A DNA stretch of 62,670 nt, filler included, from Basidioascus undulatus (GCA_000826855.1; 12 parts of 12 records of this genome joined end to end with filler, not necessarily neighbours in it); one strand, 5' to 3'. Shown: positions 1 to 12,736, counted from the first letter of the whole stretch. Notes: generated from the letters alone by a model not told the origin. Made by a program: numbers and translations.

Positions 1-1269
1 TGTCTTTTGGGTGGCGCGGGGAGGTCATCGTGAATTTGGATGACGGGGATGGGGTGGAAGGAGAGGGTGGACAGGAGGTAGCGGATGACAATAAAGGAGA
101 TTATTGAGGAATGACCCCGAACTCGAGCTCGACGGAGATGAGTCCCGGGCGCGCGAGGACAGGCGAGAAGTGCAGGGAACCAAAGAAAAGAAGACGGCGG
201 AGTGGCGGGAGTGCGGACGCCGACTACTGCGAGCGGCTCATCCTCCCGCTTCTATGAAGACGACGGTGATGCTCCCGCGGAGAGGTCGAGCAGCGTATGG
301 TGGTGGTCGCCAGCCAAGAAGATGATTTTCCCTCTCTCGCTGCTCGCCGAGAGGCGGGGCGGGGCGGGAGCAGCGCTTGCGATCTGATCTGCGGAGACGC
401 GGAGGTGCGGGGGAAAGGCTCAGCGCGAGGTGGAGAGTTTCCCACGCGGCAAGCGCACACCAAAAGTCGACGGGTGGCAACCGGTGAGAGTTCGGGATAA
501 TCAGTAGTGCTCATAAGTAGGGTGGGGATTTCTAGGCACATTATAAAGTAATTAACATTTTCTTACTCGCCCCCTTGCCCTTGCGGACGGCCGAAACAGG
601 GCGGACGAGACAGGGCAGTGAGGTCCGGGTGAAAAGGTTTGCATCTCGCCGGAATCAACCCAAATTTGTCCCGTTCTCCTCGCAGGGAAGTGAGGTTGAT
701 CGACGGTGCAGCGGCGTTTGGCGACGTTGGCCGAAGCCGACGAGCGAGCGACAGCTTCTCGACTCTATTCTCTGCGCCTCGCGCCGGCGCCGCCACAAAC
801 AAGAAATCGATATCCTCATTGGATGGGTGTCCCTTCTGATCAAGAAAACCAAGCCGGACAAGTGTGGCTAAAGCTTGTTTCTTCCGCGCGGGTAGGGCGG
901 GGAGGGTGGACGAATGGGAGGTGCGCGGGCTGACGTCGCGATCGCTCAGGATGAGGGCGCGCGATGCGCTGAAATGGGGAGCTGAATGGGGCTGGGTGGA
1001 GCTCGGAGCTCGTTACCCTTGTTTCTGTGGATGGTGTCTATCCGGAATCGAGGATGTAGAAAGGAAGGAATTGTTGCGGAGCGGGCGGAGGAGGGGGGGG
1101 GAGAGTGGGTGGAAGAAAGATGCGCTTCGGACGACTACGGCGTGTGTGCGCGTCGACGCTCAGTTTGAGCAGTTTGGTATACACAGTCCGTTAACGCGGA
1201 TGATGCCGCAGTCCTTTGTATATTGGAACCACGGAACCGAAGGATTTTGAGCAGCGCAACCAGGCCCGG

Positions 1270-3182
1270 CAGGCTAGATCTCCCTAAGCTGTTCACATGG
1301 CCACCTAGTCCATGGTGTTGAAGCAGTTCCATCAGATGCCTGCACTGAGGCTCTGCAGTGCGGAAAGAATGCGTTCTTAGGCTTGTCCATCCTATAGGCA
1401 ATTTGCGGTACCTTGAGGGCAAAAAAGGTTACTCTTCCCACTTTGTGGAGAGTGTGCCTTGGAGTGCATCTATGCTTCTCCAAGCTAATTGCATGTGAGA
1501 GTATGGTATGCATCTGATTCTTTGTAGAGACATTGGGTAAGCATCCCAAGGCACAGGAATTCACCTATGGCTTGGAACTGGTGAAAAAGTACACACTGAG
1601 TGCAGTCCTCCAGATAGGGACCTTGCAGCAAGGCAGTCCTTCACCAAGTGACAGTCCTTCAACCATGGACAGTCCTTCCTTCACACCAGGACTGTCCTTC
1701 AGCAGGGACAGTCCTTCACTCAGTGACAGTCCTTAACAGTCAGGGACAGTTCTTCAGTCAGTGATATGGCCCATGTCAAAGACAGTCCTTTTATCAAGGA
1801 CAGTCCTTCAGACAGGGACTGCATGTCAGACCTGGACTGTCCTTCAGCGATAGACAGTCCTCCTTTCCAGGACTGTCCTCCAGCCTGGAACAGTCCTTCA
1901 TGCCAAGAACTGTCTTTCATCTGCAGATGGTCCTACCTGCAAGGACAGTCTCTCTCATGACAGTCCTCCTGTCAAGGACAGTCATCAAGTCAGGGCCTAT
2001 TCTTCAGCCAGGGACTGTGCTTGTGTGAAAGGATTATCCTTCAGCTAGGGACTGCCCATGGTTCAAGGATTGTGCTTCAGCCAGGACTGTCCTGCATTCA
2101 GGGACTTCTCTTTAGCCAGAGACTGTCCTTCAGTAAAGGGCTGTTGCTTGGTCAAGGACAGTTGCTGAGTCAGGGACCATCCTCAGATCTAGAACAGTCC
2201 TTAAGCAGGGGACAGTCCTTCTCTCAATAACAGTCCTTAGCACCCAAGGCAGTCCTTCAGCCTGGGAGTAACCTTCACCATGGCCCAGCCAGGCACAGAC
2301 TGGGCTGGAACACCAGACTGAAAGGGAACAACTTGTGCCCCCATACTCATAGTGGTAATTCCAAAAAAAATCGGAAGTATATCTTGCATGAAAGTAATCT
2401 GGCATAACCCTATTTACAGTACTTGCAGAGTGGGAGGCAGTAATTAGCCCCAGTGCCCTGCCTGCCTTTTATGCTAAAGGCCCTAACCCAGCCCACTTGC
2501 AGTTCAGTGACAAATTCCTTCGTTGGACAGGGTAAGATACATTTCTTCTGTACATTTTCAGTGTGGTGACCCTCAGTGGCAGCAACAGCAGGCCAACCCA
2601 GCCTGAAGTCTGTCTGGTGCTGGGCTGCAACAAGCAATTGTGGGGAATGACATCTGAACTTGTGCTCAAAGTGATGCTTTCCACAACGTTTAGAAGTATT
2701 CCTTGTGCTTGAGTGCACTGGCATGTCCATATGTGCAGTACCGGGAGAGGGCCAGCCAGTAATGCTGAAGTACAAGGCCAATGTGGGCTGGTTTGAAAGG
2801 ACTGGAGTGAATTCTCTCAATTTTGTCATGGCGGTTAGGAGCATTGGAACCCATATTTGATGTGAGAAAGTCGGATTCTTAATTTACATGCAAGTTGTGA
2901 CACACAAGCTGATTGCACCCTCTGACAGCCACAGCATCTGACAGCCACAGCAAGGCAAAATCACTGTTGCTCAGCCTGCTTGCAGTGTAGCCTGATACCA
3001 ATTTTAGTTCCAGCCAAGAGAAACAACTATCAATCATGATTCCTAGTTGCAGCAGACCAAACGACCCTGACCTCAGTCTTGTGCCCAGCTGACACTGCAC
3101 ATGTGTCATGAACGTCTTAACAAATATTCAATTCTCGACAACTGTCAAACCTTGCCACCTCATTTTACGCTCTCACCCTTTC
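1270..3182. mobile_element. CpG-depleted decayed repeat or transposon relic, family unknown
   Basis: Abrupt change from CpG-rich flank to sequence with very few CG dinucleotides, broken ORFs and an internal 18-bp repeat array. No transposase motif recognised. Confidence 0.4.
1632..2278 (+). repeat. Degenerate 18-bp tandem repeat, about 35 units, consensus GGGACWGTCCTTCAGCCA
   Basis: Consecutive 18-mers such as agacagtccttttatcaa / ggacagtccttcagacag / ggactgcatgtcagacct / ggactgtccttcagcgat / agacagtcctcctttcca / ggactgtcctccagcctg. Confidence 0.9.
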
Positions 3183-3282
3183 NNNNNNNNNNNNNNNNNN
3201 NNNNNNNNNNNNNNNNNNNNNNNNNNTTAATTAATTAANNNNNNNNNNNNNNNNNNNNNNNNNNNNNNNNNNNNNNNNNNNN
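3183..3282. other. Artificial contig spacer (first of 11)
   Basis: 44 N + TTAATTAATTAA (stops in all six frames) + 44 N. Identical spacers at 9054-9153, 12330-12429, 15606-15705, 18880-18979, 22154-22253, 46318-46417, 49591-49690, 52862-52961, 56132-56231, 59402-59501. Ten contigs are 3169-3182 bp in non-increasing order, which points to size-sorted concatenation. Confidence 0.98.
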
Positions 3283-5445
3283 TGATTTATGAGTTGGTTC
3301 GGGGAAGGGAGAGGGGGAGGAGCGGGCGCGTTGGCGATGAGCACCTGCTGTGTCGGGGGAATGGTCGGGCGTCCGGCCTGCAGGTTCGTGCCCTGCTGGG
3401 ACGACTGCTGGGACGACTGCTGGGACGACTGCTGCTGCTGCTGTTGTTGGGCGGAAGGCGCTGGGGAAGCGCGCGCAGACGCGTTCGCAGAGCGCTGCTG
3501 CACGTGCTCCTCGCCGCCCGACGGCGCGACGTAAAGGCTGCGGTCGATCTGGGGCGGGATCGGCTGGATCTCGGTGCCGAGTTCTTGCTCGATGCGGTAG
3601 AGGTTGAAGCGGTCCTCGTAGGTGATGAGGTTGATCGCAATGCCAAGATGGCCGTAACGCCCGGAGCGACCGATACGGTGGAGGTACGTCTCGGAGTTCT
3701 TGGGGAAGTCGAAGTTGATGCTGCACCACATGCGCTGTCAGTTTCGCCGAGCTCTGCAAACAAGCCAGTGGGAGACGCACACGACGTTGACGGCTTGGAT
3801 GTCGATGCCGCGAGTGAGGAGATCTGGAGAAAATCCACTCAGTATAGGCCGTAGCACAGCGCCCACGAAATCAACAGACTAACCCGAGCAAACCAAGTTC
3901 CTGCAGACGCCGGCACGGAAGTCATGGAATACCCGATTCCTGTGGCCTGCCAGACGGGGTAACCTATCAGCACATTGCCAGTTTCTTGCGGGGTCCAGCG
4001 GAGGGAACAAGACGTACTCTGAAGCATCTTGGCGTGGGAGAAGAAGCACGAATAGCCGAGTTCGGTAACCTTCTTGGCGAGGAGCTCCACGCGGTTGGTG
4101 GAGTTGCAGAAGATGATGGATTGGTTAATTTGCAGCTAAGTCGGATATAAAGTGAGATGTTAGCAGAGGAAAAGACGAGAGGCGGAAGGAAACGAGACGG
4201 ACTCGGGAGAAGAGGGTGTTGAGGCAGTGGACTTTTTGACGCTCCTCGACGAAGGCGTAGTATTGGGTAACGCCGCGGAGGGTAAGCTCGTCCATGAGGT
4301 TGATCTCGTACGGCTTGACCATGTGCTTGTCCTGTACAACAAGAACCGATGAGCCAGAGACCACCTAACAAGCAGCGAAGGCGAGCGTACCTTGAAGTCC
4401 TTGACGATGAGAGGGAAAGTCGCCGAGAACAGCATGACCTGCCGGTCGCGCGGCATGTACGACAGGAGCTGCTCCATGACGGGGGTGAATTCTGGGCTGA
4501 GGAGCTTGTCGGCCTCGTCCATGACGAAGGTCGGGCATTCACTCAGGTCGGCGACGCCCTTGCCAGCGAGATCGAGGATGCGCCCGGGCGTGCCGACGAG
4601 GACGTGTACGGGCTCGGCGAGGCGGAGGATGTCGTCGCGCAGGGTCGTGCCGCCGGTCGTGACCATGACTTGAATGCCCATATGCTTGCCGAGCGTCTTG
4701 CAAACTTGAGACGTTTGCAGTGCGAGCTCGCGCGTCGGGACGAGCAGGAGCGCCTGGATCTTGGGCTTCTTGATGTTGACCTTTTCGAGAGAAGGAATGA
4801 CGAAGGATGCGGTCTGTCGGGCGGCGTGTGTGTGTGAGCTCGGGTGATCGCCCGTACCCCGGAAGAAAGCGAACAAACCTTGCCGGTGCCGTTCTTCGCG
4901 CGAGCGAGAATATCTCGGCCGGTAAGGGCGATGGCTACAGGTACAAAGGATGTCAGACATTCCGCTTCAAATGGTCATAGAAGCGGTCTCTTCCAGCGTA
5001 CGGATAGCTTCTTCTTGAATTGGTGAGGGACGCTCGAACTGAGGCGACCAGCAGAAACCGAACGTCAGCATTCCCTGGTAAAGCTATCGGGATAAAAAAG
5101 GACAAAGGCACGCACGCCGGCTTCGAAGATGCCCATGAGCAGCTCGCGCTTGAGGAAGAAGTCCTCCCACTCGTTACCCTTCGTCGCGGTGACGTCCTGA
5201 TCGTCGCCGGCGCACGGTCAGCTACACCCAGAGGGGACCACTAAGCGCCAGATGTTCAGAATGCAAGGACGCACCTCTGTCTGCGGACGCGCGTCTTTTG
5301 GCGGAGCACGGAGGCCGGACCTCCAGTCCTCGTTGCCGTTGGGGCTACAAGCCGGCATCAACCCGCGTCAGCGATAATTGTGCTCTCGCCCGGACGGATG
5401 CCAGGGGACGCACGAAGAAGAAGATGATTGAACGTTAGAAGCCAT
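3283..5445 (-). CDS. DHH1: DEAD-box RNA helicase Dhh1/DDX6, multi-exon, 3' end cut by contig end
   Basis: Spliced peptides [98 protein letters not shown]-rich C-terminal tail. Confidence 0.96.
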
Positions 5446-8400
5446 TGTTGAGTAGGCGCAGAGGCGGGCGAAGGGGGCGTGTGAGCGGGGTTGGAAGATG
5501 CCGATACGGCGAACGGCGGGATGCGGATCGTGTTGCGTTGGGTGATTGTCGATGAGGGCGCGCCTAGCAAGTCGATGAGGGCTCGCGCGTGATGCGGCTA
5601 GTGGGGTTCCGCGTCGTTGGGCAGTTGGGGGCCTGAAAGTGCAGCGTTTGGGCGGTGATGCGCTGTGCGAAGTCGTGCGGCGGTTGGTCGTCTGGTTTTG
5701 GCGCGTTGAGAGCCTCACAGCGGCGCTGGGATCGATAGTGCGTGCGCGCTCGTAGATTGAAGAGACGAGCAGGATACGGTGGGGTAGATTGGTAGAAGCA
5801 GTGGGTGAGGGTGATATGGAGGGTGTGGGGAAGGGGAGGAGGGCAGGAGAGCCATGAGACCGACTCCGCCTTCAGGGCCGGCGCGCGCCAGTCGCAGCGC
5901 CGAATTACTTGCCTACCTACTGCTGGCTTTCATTCCATGCTTTCATAACATCAGAATAGTATGGAGAATGATTATAGCGTCTTTTTTTCACTGTAATGTT
6001 TCTGCTGGGAGATGACTGGGCGGCAGCAGTTGGTCCTGAAAGCTCCTGCCACACACGCTGCCAAGTCCACACAGCATGCTGAGAAGCGCTCGACATGCAC
6101 AAGCAACTAGTTCCTATGCCAAACACAACTTTAGGCTGTTTGAAGCAATCTATATGGTTTTGATGGACGACTAAAGCCGGCGGAGGCGTCCTCAGAAGAG
6201 CGGCTCAGGCAGCAGCCTGAGCGACACAGTTCATCTTGTTATTCGTACCTACAAATGTGCGGGCAGCGCCTAAGGTGCACTGCCCCAGCTTGCACGTACA
6301 GACACGCGCCTCGCTCAATTCTTGATACCAATTTAAATGTGATGATACTACAAACTTACCAACACTTTAAAGAAAACTTGGGGTCACAGGGCTCCAAAGC
6401 CGACAGAGATCAGTCCGCAGGCAGAAAGGCCGGCTGGGCCACTTTTTTTTTTTTTTTTTGGTCGGGCGGTCGCGGCTGCAATCCAACCCAAGCCGAGTTT
6501 CCAAAAGAATTACTGCCAGATCTTACATATGGAAGACGCCCTTATTAGCCCCTGCTGAAAGGCATTGACCGTGACGTGGGCTGCATGCAGGCTGCCGTGG
6601 GACGGCTTGATGATAAATAAGCCTTGCTCTCGCCAGTGATGCCCGTCCTTCGTGGGTCGGGAGTGCGCATGTTGCGCTGAAGGTCCATGGTTTGGCGGCA
6701 TGCCGTGCACCCCTACCCGAAACCAAGCTTGGGATATGGTTACGCTGACCCCGGCGAATAAAAGGCAGAGCGTCGCTCTCGCTGCTGCTGCTGCTGCTGC
6801 TGTTATTACTGATATCACACGTATTTCCTCGCGATGTCCCTGACCCAGGTTGGCGCATGTGTACCTCTCCGTCCGCAACACGATGAACGCATTTGACACT
6901 GGCCTTTTTGTTTAGCCATCAACTGCCCATCACCGGCAGTGCGGTACCGGACGGCAAGGCCCACGGGTATCAAGTTTAGGAATGAAGTTGGGCTTATGCT
7001 GTGTCCAATTTACTGGAGCTGTTGGTACGGTACTGCTTGGTACTGCTTTCTCAGTATTGTCTGTGTTGTTGCGTCTGTGCAGCTTAGAAACAGCAGGTCC
7101 ACCCTCCTCGCTCGCCCAACCCCACCCATTCTGGCGCAACGGAAGTCCGTTGGTTATAGAGTACTTAGAAACTTAAGTTTTGATGTAGCAAGAAAGGCTT
7201 CCGACGTCCTTATCTATCGTCCGCACTTCGTCACGGGCGACTCGGAAGGTTGCCCCTCTCACCGGCCGCAAAAATGCCAACGACCCACCCTGTCACTATC
7301 TACAAGCCCGGTTTCCGTGGGAGACTTTAGGAAAGTACGGGGATGTTTTGTTTGTCGCCAGAGAGCAGCTGTCATAGTCATCTGGAACTGGTAGCTTTTT
7401 GCAAGCTGCCGAGCACCGACGATGTTCTTCTGCACCCGACTGCTTGATCGCACGCGACGAGTTTTGGCAGAATCAGGATGCTCGGACAGATCCGGAGCAA
7501 TGCACAGTGTTCTTTCGGAATGCCTTCGAGCCCTGGAAAACATATGGCACTCGCGTTACAGCTCGGAGGACGCACGAGTCACCCAACACTGTAACCTTGC
7601 AAAAAGCTGTACCGGACGCCCGACCTCTGTACGTCCCTCTAATACACCTTGAGGACTGTTTTTCTCTTCTCCAAGCACGCAAGCAGTAGCGATGGTGATC
7701 GGCCGCGGAGGAGGAGATGGTGAAAATTAAATGTCTCTCGAGGCGGCACGCCGACACTCGCACCCTGTTTCCACGCAGTCTGCGGCCGCACTCTACCATT
7801 TCCGCCGCCCCGACGTCCCTACTTGACAGTTAGTGTAGACGAACTGCGGCTGTATCGGCGTACCCAACGATCGTTCTCGCGCGAGAGTGACGATTTGGGC
7901 CCTTTGGCAAAAGGCAAGTGTTCTCGACTGCCGCAGCGCTCGCAGGCCCCTAAAAGGAGCGGTGCGCGATGCGGGGCCGAACCGCGCCGCCCGCCGCCGC
8001 CGCCGCCGCAGACTTCCTTGAGATTGAACGACCATCTTCGCGCTCCTCCTCATCAACTCGTCGTATTCCACCCCTAATCTCACTCCACAGGTGAGAGCAG
8101 TTGCTTCTCGTATTCTTGGGACGGTGGACTGGCAAGGCGCGCTTGGAATGGGGAGAGTGGGTAAAGACAAGGTTGGCAAAGATCTGCCTGATGAGGCGCA
8201 TGCACGCTCGGGGCCTGTCTTGCCTAATTGCCTTGTCTGCCCTCGCCGAGAAGAAAGACGCAGCTGGCGGTCTCTCTCCCAACACATCCTCAACACACCC
8301 AGCTAACGCTCGAAATTGCCCCCCTTTGGTTCCCAGATACAGCCAGCCAGTCAGCCAGCCAGCCAGCCAGCGCGCTCTCCCTTCCCCTCCCCTCCCGCTT

Positions 8401-8797
8401 CACTCCCGCCTCTTTCCGACTCGCCCGCGCACACATCCCGGCTCGCATTCATCCGCTTGACTGCGTCCAAGCTTATACGTTATCCTCTTCGCTGGGCGAG
8501 TGGTTATCATAGACTTTTGCGTATTGCGTGCAGGTGAGTTGGATCGGCTTGGTGCCTGAGAGAGATGGGAGGGGAATCAGGGCGTCGGTGGGAAAGGGAG
8601 GATTGGATTCCCTCTCAGTGGGAAGATCTGTGCGAAGATTGAGTGAGGCTGGACGACTGGTCGGCCTTCTCTTTGCATTGTCCATCTCAGCGTTTCAGCC
8701 GCTCATTCACATTCACTCACTCGCATCCATCTCTCTGCCCATCTCACAGCTACCCATCCTACACAACCACCACCTCCATCACACCCTTCTCAAATCG

Positions 8798-9053
8798 ATG
8801 GCAGCAACCGTCCTCTCCCCCTCGTCCACCCCGCCGAACAACTCCTCCGACTCGTCCTCCACCTCCTTCCACACAGCTCGCACCGCCTCCGCATCCTCCA
8901 CCGCTACCAACCCGCTCTACGCCAATGCCCAGTCCGACTCGCACGACCCCTCACTCCACATCGCCAAGGTCACCCCGGACACGGTCGTGCTCAAGTCGGG
9001 CGTGCAGGACCCCGACGGCAAGCTCTCGCGCATGCGCGCGCGCCTGAGCCGGA
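8798..9053 (+). CDS. N-terminal fragment of a hypothetical protein
   Basis: ATG after a pyrimidine-rich leader with a probable 5'UTR intron (GTGAGT near 8534); host-like C-ending codons; MAATVLSPSS...DTVVLKSGVQDPDGKLSRMRARLSR runs into the spacer. Confidence 0.5.
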
Positions 9054-9153
9054 NNNNNNNNNNNNNNNNNNNNNNNNNNNNNNNNNNNNNNNNNNNNTTA
9101 ATTAATTAANNNNNNNNNNNNNNNNNNNNNNNNNNNNNNNNNNNNNNNNNNNN

Positions 9154-9528
9154 GCTCCCGCCCTCACCCTTCTCTCCACGCTCCTCTCCTCGCGCCTAGC
9201 CTACGCGCCCACCGAGCGCGACCTCGTCTACCTATCGCACGAGCTGACCCTGTCCTCCGGCGAAGTGCGCACGTCGCGCCTCGCCGTGCGCGGAGACGCG
9301 CAGAGCTCCGCGATGGCCAAGACGGTCGGGCTCCCCGTGGCGCTCGCGGCGCTGCGGGTGCTTGATGGGCGCGTCGCAGGCCGCGGCGTGCGCGGGCCGA
9401 GAGAGGTGGGCGGGTGGGTGCTGGAGCGGCTGAGGGAGAGGGGTGTAGAGATGCAGGAGCGGACGGGGGGGAGGGGGATGGCGCAGGAGCTGGAGAGGTC
9501 GTGGGAGAGGCCGAAGAGTGTTGCGTAG
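9154..9528 (+). CDS. Saccharopine dehydrogenase C-terminal domain (AASS/Lys9 family), 3' fragment
   Basis: RLAYAPTERDLVYLSHEL...SSAMAKTVGLPVALAALRVLDGRV..GVRGP matches the family C-terminal SAMAxTVGxP motif; TAG stop at 9526-9528. Confidence 0.85.
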   Translation, partial: APALTLLSTLLSSRLAYAPTERDLVYLSHELTLSSGEVRTSRLAVRGDAQSSAMAKTVGLPVALAALRVLDGRVAGRGVRGPREVGGWVLERLRERGVEMQERTGGRGMAQELERSWERPKSVA

Positions 9529-10084
9529 CGGCTTGAAGAGTGTTTGGCAATGTGAATCTGCCCCTTCCCAGAGGTGTGAAAGCCCTTCTAGTTATGTTCG
9601 TTTCTGATAGAAACCCCTGGCAAGACTGCCCGTGTACGGTTGTGATGCACCACAGCCAAAGCTCTCCCGTTGTCACAGTTCTCTGGAGGGCGGTGTTTTC
9701 AGGTTCTTGTGAAGCATCACACTGTGCTGTGCTAGTACCAGTAAAGGTGCTGCAAAATGAATCTTGCAGACGCGGTGAGAAAGCAAAAAACGGTACTATG
9801 CCGACGGTGGCTTTGTTGCAATGCGCAACCGGTTCAACCTCTGAGGTGTTGATTGATGGAAGATCTGATGACGTAGAAGAGCCTTTGAAAAGGTATCGGA
9901 AGTGCTTCTTATTTACTCTGTTCACTGGTGCCTTTCCAACAGGTTGGTTGGTGCAGAACGGCGGATATTCTTCAGGTGAGATGCAACGGTTCTTGCCTTG
10001 CTTGTATATATGTGCGGGGCTGTCGTTGTCCTGGCAGAGTTTGGAAGAGCAGCACAGACACGGCATTCATTCAAGTTTGGGTAG

Positions 10085-10650
10085 GCACATGTCTGGAAAA
10101 GTGGGCATGAGGCTGCAGAAGTAGACATGCCTGAGAAAGCAGATAGTGTCAGCAACGCAGGCCAGGACTAAAAGTCTATGTGGTGTCTACAAGGTGTCTT
10201 TACAAGGTGTCTCTTCGGAGGATTCTGCAAGGTGTTGATAAAGTGTCTGGAGTGCCTCTATGAGGTCTCTGAAGGGTCTCTATGAGGTGTCTACCCATGT
10301 AAAAAGGTGTGTCTGCCAGAGTAGAAAGCACAGACAGGATGTGTCTGGCTGAAATAGACATGTGTCTGGGGAAACCAACATGCGTCTGGAATGGCAGAGA
10401 GCTGCGTCTGGCTGGATAGACATGTGCGTCTGTCAAGATAAACATATGTCTGCCTGGACTGACATGTGCATCTGGCTGATAAACGGGTGTCTGCCAAGAC
10501 ATGTGTTTGGAGAAATAGACATGTGTCTGGAATGGCTGACAAGCTGCATCTGGCTGGATAGACATGCATATTCAAAAACAAACATGGGTCTGGAGAAACA
10601 GACATGGGTCTGGAGAAATAGACATGTGTCCGAAATGGCAGCCGAATCAC
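10085..10650. repeat. Array of ~20-bp near-palindromic units (TAGACATGTGTCTGGAGAAA-like) with ~10-bp AAGGTGTCT units at ~10180-10315
   Basis: e.g. aacatgggtctggagaaaca / gacatgggtctggagaaata / gacatgtgtccgaaatggca; lies in CpG-depleted DNA (about 9530-11400). Confidence 0.85.
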
Positions 10651-12429
10651 AGACAAGTTGAGTCTGACTGGATAGACTAGGACATAGCCTTGCATGTGAC
10701 AAATTAGACACTTCGGCAAAATAGACAGCGCCTGTATCCAAAGTGTCTGTATTGTAAACAGTGCTTGTTTAAGTTTTCTAGACTGTCTTCATTTTAGACC
10801 ATGCTTGTTTTAAGATTCTGGACTGTTATAAGTGACAGATTGCTCTTGAAAGAAGAACTGTATCCTACTACAGATTTTTCATTCAGGCCTGCCAAGCAAA
10901 TGGAGCATTGCCTCTGTGCTGCTTACCAGCTTTAACAGCTGGGGAAGCACTTGTGTTCTCACACAAAACACCACAACACAGACACTTTTCCCAGGTTGAC
11001 ACCACACTTCTAGCGTTCTGCTTCAGCATGATGTCTGTCCTCTAAACTTGCTTAGCAGTTTACTCGGTTATGTTCCGTAGCTGTTTTGGCACCCACCGGT
11101 ATGGGCAGAGTATGCCACCTTGATTGGTTCAAGTCTTCCATTGAAAGAATTTCTTTTCTTGGTGAAAATGCTCTCCTTGTCATGTTCTAAACTCGGCAGT
11201 TGCCATTATGCCACACATTGACCTTCCTGGCATGACAAATGTGCTGCACTCAGGCTTTTGAAAACTACCTTGAATGAGAGACACCAATCTGACCATTGAC
11301 CGTGAGTGGTGCTGCAGAGCGTTCCTGCTTGGCCTGCATGTAGTACCAGTCCGCCATCTCTGAGAAGCAGGAGCTTGGTCACAGCACAGCAGTGACGACG
11401 TTGTGTGTCCATCTTCCGGTCCCACACTTCATTGCGCTAATCGTTCTGCTACTCGTCTTTTCTTTTGGTATGATGAGTGTACATGCTTGTTCGTAACTCT
11501 AGTCTCCACTCTATTGTTGCTCCCCTTTCCCTTGTCTCTTTGTAGACAACTGCCTGTGGTACCGGCGACGTGCAAGGCAGAGGTGTGCAGGCTTCTAAGT
11601 AGGCTTGGGGCTGAGTGATGGAGGGGTTGGAGAATACAGGCGAAGAGATGGAGCAGCGGACTACCGACCAGAGAATGGCGATGCGGCTGGAGACATCGTG
11701 TCGGTGGCCGAGTACTGTTGCTTCGGCGGTGTGAAGCTCTTCCATATACACGGTGAAATATCCCGGTGAGTTCTTCCTTCCGGGTCTTCGTTTAATTTCT
11801 GTTGGGGACGATAGTTTGTATAAGACAGCCGTTAAACTCTATGAGGTGTCGTTAATCGAAGCGTGAAGTGCGTTATGCGGCTCGCCGGCTGAGGACGGCA
11901 TGGGCAGCCCCACCTCCGATTGTCCGAGGTTCTACGCGACAACAAACATGACGCTTCTAAAGAAAAGATTAAGCAAGGACGAGGCATGCAACGTTGCAAG
12001 CTTCTACGGGCACGCCCTTCCGAGTCACAGGAAAAATGTAGCGAGCATGCAGACCTCCCTCGACAGTTCCACGAATGCAGTTCAGCTGTATTACAGGATC
12101 AATCTAGGCCGGATTCGAGAATAGAAAACAACAAAAAGAGGAAAGGAACGACAACAGTAAGTAGCATTGAGCCCAGCATCACCTCCGACTCGTCCACGCT
12201 CAAACCCAGCACGTTGCGCATCGGTTCGGTTGCTTTACTCCTCCTTCCCGATCCCGTCCCACCCCCTCTGCGCCTCCCGTAGCGCATTCCGCGCGCGCGC
12301 ATACTCGTCGTCCACCTCCCCCTCCTCGTNNNNNNNNNNNNNNNNNNNNNNNNNNNNNNNNNNNNNNNNNNNNTTAATTAATTAANNNNNNNNNNNNNNN
12401 NNNNNNNNNNNNNNNNNNNNNNNNNNNNN

Positions 12430-12736
12430 CGTGTTTGGTATGCTCGCCGACACACTCCTCGGCCCAGTCAACGCGCTGTTCGTCTCCCTAAAGCTCTACC
12501 TCCCCGACCAGCTCGTACTGCAAGATCTTCTCCCCCCCAACGCAACGCTCGGCGCGTTCCTGTCCACGCACGCGCCGCTCATCTTCCCCGCCCCGGGCAG
12601 CGGGAAGCCGACGCTGGGAAGACCGATTGTCCATGGCGTGGAGGTGCCGATGGAGGCGGAGCTGGGGTGGTTGGGCGGTGTGTTGTTGGGCGCGGACGGG
12701 TGGTTGAGGGTTGTGGTGGGGGTTGTGGGGCAGTAG
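12430..12736 (+). CDS. ATG5: Autophagy protein Atg5, C-terminal fragment
   Basis: LKLYLPDQLVLQDLLPP..TLGAFLSTHAPLIFP...PIVHGVEVPMEAELGWLGGVLLGADGWLRVVV resembles the fungal Atg5 C-terminal ubiquitin-like domain. Confidence 0.85.

Noticed and set aside
1..1250. Short ORFs at the window start
   Set aside because: No recognisable domain; probably the promoter or 5'UTR of a minus-strand gene lying outside the contig.
3227..3238. TTAATTAATTAA recurring about every 3.2 kb, and ORFs ending in X...LIN
   Set aside because: Synthetic N-flanked six-frame-stop spacer; the periodicity comes from size-sorted contigs.
5900..8300. ORFs and microsatellites (poly-T, (GCT)7, (CCG)n) between DHH1 and the next gene
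   Set aside because: No motif support for the ORFs; the simple repeats are unremarkable.
9164..10124. Antiparallel 300-aa and 194-aa ORFs
   Set aside because: They lie in CpG-eroded DNA and partly antisense to the dehydrogenase; no family recognised.
10085..10650. CRISPR-like look of the palindromic repeat array
   Set aside because: Eukaryotic context, degenerate 12-nt cores, ~8-nt related linkers and no cas genes.
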